Source of the DNA: Stramenopiles sp. TOSAG23-6
Lineage: Eukaryota
Assembly (NCBI GenBank): GCA_900128565.1
Contig: LT635938.1
Location: forward strand, 1 to 39,071
Length of the DNA stretch: 39,071 nt
Reading direction: 5' to 3'
The position numbers and the translations under genes were made by a program. The notes beneath the pieces were generated by a model, which made no database searches, was not told the DNA's origin, and worked only from the letters and a program-made list of their open reading frames with translations. Positions 31,699-39,071 of the stretch are shown here, in pieces. The first letter of the stretch is position 1. Every line of letters starts with the position of its first letter.

Positions 31699-34600
31699 TT
31701 ATGAAGATTCTGTAGGAACTATTTCTGGCGATTCTGATAATTTAGTGATTGTATTGAATCTATCTAACAAAAACGCATTGTATGACTTTTGAGATCTATT
31801 CATGTCGCCTAATATGCCACTTGCAGTCTCATCCTCATCTGTTCCACCAATAATACTTTGAAGTATTCTAAAACGCTCTTGCTTGTTTGTGACTCTTTGT
31901 TCATCCCATTGCGTCCAAAACTCTTTCATCCCTTCAAGTTGCTTTTTTCTTGATGCTTTTACGTCATTCCATTCGCCTACGGTGATGACGGAAACTTCAT
32001 CAGGGGCAGAATTTGATGCAATATATTTCAGTTCAATATTTGGTCGCATGTTTGAACTTGGAGAAGCATCTTCATTTCCTTCAGTACTTCCTTCAGTATT
32101 TATTTCGGTATTTGTTTCAGTATTGCTATTTGAATTTCTTTCATCAAAATATTTCTTTGCATTCTCTGCGCGACCTGGAGAATTTTTCTCCCAGAGATCA
32201 CGAATATTATTGAATAAATCTTCACGCTTCCTACATGGTGTAGCGGTAACTGCAATCTTACTATTCATAGTAAGTTTCCAACTGAGCTCATCAATGCTCG
32301 AAATAGGACTTGATTCTGAGTCTTCACCACCACCATCGACATCTTGTCCACCTTTTTCCCAATAGGGAGATTCTGAACTCCACTTCGATGGAACTAAAAA
32401 CCTTTCTGCATCGAAACTAGCTTGTATTAAAACTTCTTTACCTTTCGGACCAAAACCAGGTACATACAGTAATTCTGCTGAACCCTTGCCACGTTTAGAT
32501 ACAACAACGAAATCGTCAGATACACCACCATCACTACGAACATATTTACATACTGGATGTTCGGGTAAAATATCATCTTGGTCACTTTGGTTTTCTTCCA
32601 GTACCATAAGAACATTCAATTGAACATAAATTGATGGGTCAGATACCGAAAGTCGCAGTGCAAGGTGCTGATTGAAAGATGTTTCTTCTTCATCATCACC
32701 AGTTGGCGATGTTATTCGTAATCGAAAGAATCGCTTGTACTTATTTGGTTGGTATACTCCAAGAACAGTCTTCAGTTTATCAAAATTAACTGGGACACAA
32801 TCCAATAATGGGTCGCTACTTAATATACTCATTCTCCATTTACTCCCAGGCAAATCTTTCACAGAGTTTTCATACGTTGCTACAAGGCAATACCCTTCCG
32901 AATTTGCAGGGAGATTTCGAATAGACATCTCCAAAGATCCCATGGATGTCTTTGTACCAGTATCTCTATCAATGATTGATAATCGCACGTATTGTTGCCA
33001 TATATGATCCGACATATGCAATGTAGCACCGACAGAAGTACCACTTTGCTCTGGAACACGAAATACTTGGGCTCCAAGAATGCGCCAACTATTATTAGAA
33101 CCATCAACAATACTTTCTTCGACAAAATCCTCATTTTCTACTAGTGAATATTGACTTTTAAATTGTGTCCCGTTCATTCCTGATACATCTTTTAATACTT
33201 TTGTCACCGGACCTAATAAAATAGGGGCATCTGAAAAATATGTCACATTCCAACCCCAAGAGCAGTCAACAGACATACGATAAAAATGTTCGCCAGGAGA
33301 CACATTGAAAGACATAGCAGCAATGTCACCACGTGTACACATCACTTGGTAAGTCTTTGGAGGCACGCACGGCCTCTGTGACCCAAATATTCCATCTTGC
33401 TCTTTGGTCTGTTCCCTCCAAGGACTTCCTTTTATTTCCTCCATAAGCAAAATGTACCCCGTGTGTTTTTCGTCATCTGTGTTCGATTTCAAAGTTGCAT
33501 CTGTTTCAAAGTTTATAACCACACGACTTCCTGTGATACCTCCATCAACCCAAAGCATAGGCGAGTACATTTCCTCGATGCAACTTTCCGCTTCAATGGA
33601 CGCATCACCATCACCTTGACGTATATATCCATCTTCCAAACGTGCATTATTTTTACCTCCTGACTTTACTATAATTGTACTTTGGTTGTCATCACCTTCT
33701 GCAGAAACAGTATCAGTTGTGGGACTTTTCCAATTCCAATGAAAACTTGTTGATACAATATTTGTAGTTTTAGTATTTGTATCAATTTCTGTTTCCGTAG
33801 TATCATCATCTTCCGCCTTTTTCTCAGAAACATTAATATTGGGTGCATTGTGACAGAATACAAGATTTGTTACAGGTGAAAAAGCTTGTAAAATATCACC
33901 GAATGGTACGTCAATATCAGACTCTTCAATTAGTATAAGATTATCAAACATGCGAATAAATTCATCCCATGATATCGATGCCTGATTGTTTTCCTCTGAT
34001 TGCGCGCTAATATCAAGATTATTCAAAGCCCCAGGTTTCGCAAGACACGCAGCTTTTAATGCAAGCTGCATATCATCTTCATGCAACATGTCAACAAGCT
34101 CTGTTTGAAGTACAGACTCCTTCTTTCCATCAACTGGAGACAGAGTATCAAAAGCTCGGCGAATTTCGTGTCTCCACATCGCATAGTTAATACTTCCTTG
34201 TATCTTTATTGATTTTGGTTTTACCATTGACACGCCATAAATGCAACCAACTTCTACACCATTGACATTGGTGCTATCAGTACATAGTAGGCAGAGTAAT
34301 CTTGGAACTCTAGTTTTATTTTCATTCGTAGAGTCTTCATTGTCGTTCTGCCCGGTACTTTCAGACGCATCCGAATCAATTTTGTCAATATCAGGATATC
34401 CTGTCGCTTTCAGTTGCACCGGGATTGATGCTTGTAAAGGACCTAACGTATATGGCTCGAATACCCATCCAGTGAGTCTTCGCAACACAGTTGGACTTGT
34501 AGCATCATTCACAATAGTAGTAGCACGTTGTGAAGCTGCCACTTTATAGAGAGCTTTAGCAAGAATAAGTGGCCAAATCTCACCAGCATCCATTGATACT

Positions 34601-35307
34601 GGGAATAGGCAGTTCCCCAAGGCGTCTACAGGAACGCGATCGTCAATTTCGACACATCGCCACGCACCACTTACAAACAAACGCACAAAGTATCTTCCAG
34701 TGTTACTTAGTTTTGGCAAGGCGTTTTCGTCTAATTGAGGATGAATTAATTCCCATAAAAAAGACCCGTTTTTGACAAGTTTTGAATGATTACCTACTAA
34801 CTCCAATTGTGAAGCTAAAAGTTTTGCAGCGTCACTGCTTGCTGCCACTAACTTACGCGGTAACATTTTTACTATCGTATTTGCAACATATATTGGTTTA
34901 GCAACAGCGTAAGTAATTTTGTCTTCAATTGGTGCTACTACATCTTCATCTTCTGTATCTTTTGTTTCATCCTTTTTTTCCTCCAAAGTTTCATTATCTT
35001 TTCCTACAGTTTCTGTAGTATTATCAGATGTATCGGCATTTTGACTTCCATCCACTGCCTCGGATGTGTTTGCATCGCCTGCTGAATTAGATTCTTCCTT
35101 ACTGCGCTTTAGTGCAGCCAATTCCTTCGGTCTAACCCACTCTGAAATTTGACACTCAAGATTCGCTGGAAGCTCAGGCAAACCCTGGGGATCTTCAAAA
35201 GGAGAAGCTTCTTCGTTTGCTTCTTCGTTGGGTATCTTTGAGACGTCCCATTCTGGCAATAACTGATGGGGAATGATATCGTCTACTAATATTGGTGGTA
35301 CCACCAT
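31699..35307 (-). CDS. Androglobin-like / calpain-like protein, mirror copy
   Basis: Identical translation to 3730..7338. Confidence 0.7.
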   Translation of the reverse strand: MVVPPILVDDIIPHQLLPEWDVSKIPNEEANEEASPFEDPQGLPELPANLECQISEWVRPKELAALKRSKEESNSAGDANTSEAVDGSQNADTSDNTTETVGKDNETLEEKKDETKDTEDEDVVAPIEDKITYAVAKPIYVANTIVKMLPRKLVAASSDAAKLLASQLELVGNHSKLVKNGSFLWELIHPQLDENALPKLSNTGRYFVRLFVSGAWRCVEIDDRVPVDALGNCLFPVSMDAGEIWPLILAKALYKVAASQRATTIVNDATSPTVLRRLTGWVFEPYTLGPLQASIPVQLKATGYPDIDKIDSDASESTGQNDNEDSTNENKTRVPRLLCLLCTDSTNVNGVEVGCIYGVSMVKPKSIKIQGSINYAMWRHEIRRAFDTLSPVDGKKESVLQTELVDMLHEDDMQLALKAACLAKPGALNNLDISAQSEENNQASISWDEFIRMFDNLILIEESDIDVPFGDILQAFSPVTNLVFCHNAPNINVSEKKAEDDDTTETEIDTNTKTTNIVSTSFHWNWKSPTTDTVSAEGDDNQSTIIVKSGGKNNARLEDGYIRQGDGDASIEAESCIEEMYSPMLWVDGGITGSRVVINFETDATLKSNTDDEKHTGYILLMEEIKGSPWREQTKEQDGIFGSQRPCVPPKTYQVMCTRGDIAAMSFNVSPGEHFYRMSVDCSWGWNVTYFSDAPILLGPVTKVLKDVSGMNGTQFKSQYSLVENEDFVEESIVDGSNNSWRILGAQVFRVPEQSGTSVGATLHMSDHIWQQYVRLSIIDRDTGTKTSMGSLEMSIRNLPANSEGYCLVATYENSVKDLPGSKWRMSILSSDPLLDCVPVNFDKLKTVLGVYQPNKYKRFFRLRITSPTGDDEEETSFNQHLALRLSVSDPSIYVQLNVLMVLEENQSDQDDILPEHPVCKYVRSDGGVSDDFVVVSKRGKGSAELLYVPGFGPKGKEVLIQASFDAERFLVPSKWSSESPYWEKGGQDVDGGGEDSESSPISSIDELSWKLTMNSKIAVTATPCRKREDLFNNIRDLWEKNSPGRAENAKKYFDERNSNSNTETNTEINTEGSTEGNEDASPSSNMRPNIELKYIASNSAPDEVSVITVGEWNDVKASRKKQLEGMKEFWTQWDEQRVTNKQERFRILQSIIGGTDEDETASGILGDMNRSQKSYNAFLLDRFNTITKLSESPEIVPTESS

Positions 35308-35523
35308 TGTAACCTACGATGTTTATTCAATTTCGATATGCAATGGAAAACAAGCCACAGGCAACAAAAATCAAGATAGATACTGTATTTTAGACTTCAT
35401 TTTTCGAAGAAGTGAAACGGTCATTCTGTTCCAGAATTCGTGATTTTCAAATGATTTAATTATCAAAAAATATTCAGAATGCTACAAAAATTTTATCAAG
35501 ACTTAGTAGTAGATTAAAATTAA

Positions 35524-37422
35524 ATGGTAACCATGCACAAGCATGACAATGAACACAAGAAGAGTACGTATGTACTGTCAAGAAAGATATTTCTTCGAGC
35601 AATTGGTTTTGTATATTTGATTGCATTTTCTTCATATTTTTGGCAGTACCCGGGGCTGTACTCTCAACAAAATGGTTTAATTCCTATACAAAATATACCA
35701 GTGACTTCAGATCCTATCACCTTCTTTGTTGAGAATACGTTAAATTTTCAGCCCACCACACTTGCAATCTTTCACAATCATTTGGCTTTCGATATTGATA
35801 CATTTCATGAGCTATTGTCTCTTCTTGGTGTACTTGTTTCCTTTTTTGTGTTATTAGGAACCTATCCAGCTGTATTTTTGTATATTCAGTGGATCACCTA
35901 TTTCTCACTTTATTCAACGGGTAGGACGTTCATGAGTTTTCAGTGGGATATTTTACTTTTAGAGGTCGGCGCCGCATCAATTCTATGGGCACCATGGATA
36001 AAAATTTACAATGGTAAAAGTCCTTCACATGTAGTTCGTTGGTTGCTTCGCCTAATTTTTTTTAAGTTAATGCTTCTCTCGGGAGTAGTAAAACTCCAGT
36101 CAAGGTGTAAAACATGGAAATCCTTGACTGCTCTTGATTATCATTATGCCACACAGTGTATACCAACACCTTTTGCATGGTTTGCTCACCAATTGCCTCC
36201 GTTTTATCAGCAACTTTCTGTTGGAATTTGCCTACTTATAGAAATTCCACTGTCTATATTAATTATTTGTCCTGTACATTTTCATCACGAATTTCAGATT
36301 TAAATTTAATTTTTTCATACGAAATTTTGTACCTAACGATTTGTTTTTGAAATATTTTTTCACAATACTTATTCGTTTCTTAAGACTTACAGCTGCAGTT
36401 ACACAATCAGCCTTGCAGGTACTCATAATTATGACTGGGAATTATACATTTTTTAATCTTCTAACGATTTGCTTATGTATTCCATTGGTCGACGATTTTT
36501 GTCTATCCTATATGTTTTTATGATGAATATCAATGTTTTTTTTTTTATAGAAAATTCCGTACCTAACGATTTTTTTTGTGTGACATATTTTTTCACCAAC
36601 ATGGCTGTTTTCATGTATTTGTACTTGTTTCCTACGAAAAAAACAAAATAGAGCATACAAACATTCTTCTGGAGTGGATAGCAAATATAATTCTCGAACT
36701 ATGAGCAGTGCATTTTTTGTAGCGTTTATTTCATTTTGTATTGGAATTTCTGCGTATGTACGTTTTATTTTTTTTCAAATTTGAATTTTTTTTCGTACGA
36801 AATTTTGTACCTAACGATTTTTTTTGGAAATATTTTTCCAAAATACATGTATTTGAATTGAAGATTTGGAACGAAAATGATACAAAAAATGATCCAAAAA
36901 TTATAACTTTATCTGAAAATTTTAGTCTTTCTTTTGTGAAGTTTTTAGTACATTTGTTTCTAAATGATCCTTCATTGGGTAAAATGTATGTTTTATTTTT
37001 TTCAATTTCGAATTTTATAGGAAATTTTGTACCTAACAAAATTTTTTAGATTTTTTTTGAAATATTTTACCAAAATAAATGAGCATGTCGTGGTCGCTTC
37101 CATTAAAAACATTAAATGCAATATGTAGTCAAATACTCCCATATATATTAGGTACATTTTGTATAGGAATTTCACTACAAATGATATATACCTTTTTATT
37201 AAATTTTCGAAAAATATGTACGTTTTCATCATTCATTTCAAAACGTTTTTTTTCATACGAAATTTTGTACCTAATGATTTTTTATCAAAAAAAAAATATT
37301 TTTCACCAATACATGCATCACAGAAAAAAAGGGTAAAAGAAGACAAATATGTTTTAATATTGTCGTAAACGTAATTAGTTGTATCAAGTCAACGACAGTA
37401 TCAATCATTGCTTTATGTCTAT
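35524..37422 (+). CDS. Lipase maturation factor, 3'-truncated (exons 35524-36273, 36371-36509, 36603-36757, 36849-36985, 37081-37217, 37315-37422)
   Basis: Six exons join into one stop-free frame when five repeat inserts are removed. Confidence 0.88.
36274..36370 (+). mobile_element. Introner-like intron, GT...TT, 97 nt
   Basis: cct|GTACAT...GTACCTAAC...CACAATACTT|att; gives IICP-IRFLRL, colinear with LMF2-type FFAPIRRLRL as recalled. Confidence 0.8.
36510..36602 (+). mobile_element. Introner-like intron, AT...AT, 93 nt
   Basis: cct|ATATGT...GTACCTAAC...CACCAACAT|gg; gives DDFCLS-W-LFS and removes an in-frame TGA. Confidence 0.72.
36758..36848 (+). mobile_element. Introner-like intron, GT...AT, 91 nt
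   Basis: tat|GTACGT...CCAAAATACAT|gta; gives SAY-VFELK. Confidence 0.8.
36986..37080 (+). mobile_element. Introner-like intron, GT...AT, 95 nt
   Basis: aaat|GTATGT...CCAAAATAAAT|g; gives GK-M-SMSW. AAAT is duplicated at the borders. Confidence 0.78.
37218..37314 (+). mobile_element. Introner-like intron, GT...AT, 97 nt
   Basis: tat|GTACGT...GTACCTAAT...CACCAATACAT|gc; gives RKI-C-ITEK. Using the first downstream AG would create TAA. Confidence 0.8.
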
Positions 37423-37521
37423 GTATTTTTTATTTTTTTTTTACAAAAAAATCGAATTTTTTTTTCGTACGAAATTTTGTACCTAACGAATTTTTTATTG
37501 AAATATTTTTTCATAATCCAT
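37423..37521 (+). mobile_element. Introner-like element forming the LMF / 5-phosphatase chimeric junction (99 nt here, 64 nt in the mirror at 1551-1614)
   Basis: tat|GTATTT...GTACCTAAC...CATAATCCAT|ga; flanking exons belong to different protein families and are out of phase. Confidence 0.75.
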
Positions 37522-39019
37522 GAACCCTGCAGCAAGAATTATTCAAATAGCGGATATTATGAATAGACTTGGAAATCGACTTGGTGATAAACATTTTGAT
37601 TTGAATCAACAATTTCATAACTTAGTTTGGATGGGTGATTTAAATTACAGATTGGAAAGTGTATGTCTTACATCATGATTTTTTTCTTCATTGTTTTTTT
37701 TCATAGCAAATTTTGTACCTAACGAACTTTTTTTCCAAAAAAAAAAAAATAATATTTTTTCAAAATACATGTAACTACTGAAAATGTTTTAAATTGTATC
37801 GGTGGTGGTGAGACAAAATTACGTCATTTACATGATGATTATGACACTTTTCGATTAGATCAGAAAATGGGTAATGCATGGGTTGGGTTTAAAGAACCTA
37901 AAAAAGCAGATAACTTCTTTCCTACATATGTACGTTTTTATAATTCATTTCCAATGTTTTTTTTTTTCGTATGAAATTTTGTACCTAACAAAAAAAAATC
38001 AGAAAAAAAAAAAATTCACAATACATAAGCTATATGAAGGTAGAAATGAGAATCTCTCCAATTGGTGCAATACACCAAGACAGTCTGTACGAAAGAGTGC
38101 GCATATAAATGTAAAAAATGATGAAATTTATGATGTTCCGTTATCTCCAATTAAACTTGAAAAAGATGATGAAATCGAAATGATTCGAGTAGATTGGCCA
38201 CGAAAAGTCTATCGTACGTTGTATAAAGAACCCATATATAAAGGTAGAAGTGTCAAAGAACGTTGTCCTGGCTGGTGTGATCGAATTATTTACTCTCAAC
38301 TTTCTTTTTCAGATGCAAAAAAGGATATGTATGATCCAGGTATCCTTTGTCCAATGCCACAACAACAACAACAACATGATAAACAACAACATGATAAACA
38401 ACATGATAAACAACAACAACAACAACATGATAAACAAGTAGGATTAGTGTCAGTAGTAGCCAATGACAAGACAAATATGAAATATGTATATGAAGCAGTG
38501 CATAAAGTTCAAGGTTGTGATATAAGTGATCATGCTCCTGTATTTGGTGTGTATTCACTAACATCTAGAATGTACATACCAGTACAAGTGTTTAATACAA
38601 CTGTAGTAAATGATGAAAATTGTAATGATTCGGAATTATTGTCAAGCCTAAAGAATAAATCTTTAGATTCTATTACAGAGACAAAAGTTTTAGATACATG
38701 TTACAATGAATGCACTACTTCTCCTGAAATACCTCCTAAAATTCCTAAAATACCTCAAGGAGTTGAGCTTCCATTTGGTCGACATGTATGTTTTATTATT
38801 TTTTTTTTACAAAAAAGTCGAATTTTTTTTTTTTTTGGTAAAAAAATTTTGTACCTAACAAATTTTTTTTTTTTTTGGTAAAAAAATTTTGAAATATTTT
38901 TCCAAAATACATGGTTATTTGACAAGAATTAGAATAGAAAATATTTCTATAGGATCTCAAATTCAAAATTCAAAAAAAATAGTAGATAATGTAGTAGAAA
39001 ATTCATCAGAAAATATCAT
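37522..39019 (+). CDS. Inositol polyphosphate 5-phosphatase, partial (exons 37522-37660, 37771-37929, 38027-38785, 38913-39019)
   Basis: WMGDLNYR, PTYK, PGWCDRI and SDHAPV fall in one frame after insert removal. Confidence 0.85.
37661..37770 (+). mobile_element. Introner-like intron, GT...AT, 110 nt
   Basis: agt|GTATGT...GTACCTAAC...CAAAATACAT|gta; gives NYRLES-VTTE. Confidence 0.8.
37930..38026 (+). mobile_element. Introner-like intron, GT...AT, 97 nt
   Basis: tat|GTACGT...CACAATACAT|aag; restores the conserved PTY-K motif. Confidence 0.82.
38786..38912 (+). mobile_element. Introner-like intron, GT...AT, 127 nt, with internal 31-nt direct duplication
   Basis: acat|GTATGT...CCAAAATACAT|ggt; gives FGRH-GYLTR. 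The next several AGs are out of phase. Confidence 0.8.
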
Positions 39020-39071
39020 GTATGTTTTATTTTTTTTTTTACAAAAAAATCGAATTTATTTTTCGTACGAA
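39020..39071 (+). mobile_element. Introner-like element truncated by the window end
   Basis: cat|GTATGTTTTATTTT...TCGAATTT...TTCGTACGAA. Confidence 0.78.

Larger units (their letters stand above)
22922..39071. repeat. Right arm of the inverted repeat
   Basis: Reverse complement of 1..16115. Identity starts at atagatgc(t/a)aatgttccacc, with one mismatch at 22930/16107. Both window ends are TTCGTACGAA. Confidence 0.98.

Noticed and set aside
35524-39019. Alternative genetic code or stop readthrough explaining the fragmented ORFs
   Set aside because: Long genes are open in the standard code and end in TAA or TGA. The breaks involve frame changes that coincide with the inserts.
35524-39019. Natural LMF-5-phosphatase fusion protein
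   Set aside because: Exons flanking the 37423-37521 element are out of phase (T+GA stop) and both proteins are incomplete.
39062-39071. Hairpin telomere or linear-replicon terminus at TTCGTACGAA
   Set aside because: The 10-mer is the internal palindrome found in several element copies; the sequence simply breaks in a repeat in mid-gene.

Overview
Gene-dense, AT-rich eukaryotic nuclear DNA from a protist. The gene set suggests a flagellated, possibly stramenopile-like organism, which is an inference. The window is one large hairpin: 1..16115 recurs as its reverse complement at 22922..39071 around a unique spacer of about 6.8 kb. The inner junction is a microhomology that fuses an IQ/WW/B-box gene in frame to a cytidine-deaminase-like gene, most simply an amplification or assembly chimera. 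Unique genes: partial inositol 5-phosphatase, partial LMF, androglobin-like, UTP18, a hypothetical ORF, a Frizzled/Smoothened-like 7TM protein, NBS1, a deaminase-domain protein, UMP-CMP kinase, an EamA/DMT transporter and an IQ/WW/B-box protein. The main finding is a family of 13 related sense-oriented inserts (12 complete, 89-127 nt; one cut by the window edge) interrupting four genes, with consensus GTAYRT...(T)n...TACGAAATTTTGTACCTAAC...AATATTTTTTC..AATACAT. Conserved protein motifs are restored when they are excised as GT...AT (or GT...TT, AT...AT) introns without a 3' AG. One member ends in AG at the same position, and an unrelated canonical GT-AG intron coexists. This looks like an introner-like family using a non-canonical 3' splice site, with near-nucleosome-sized exon spacing. 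Splicing is inferred from reading frames only, and protein family calls are from recalled motifs, not searches.
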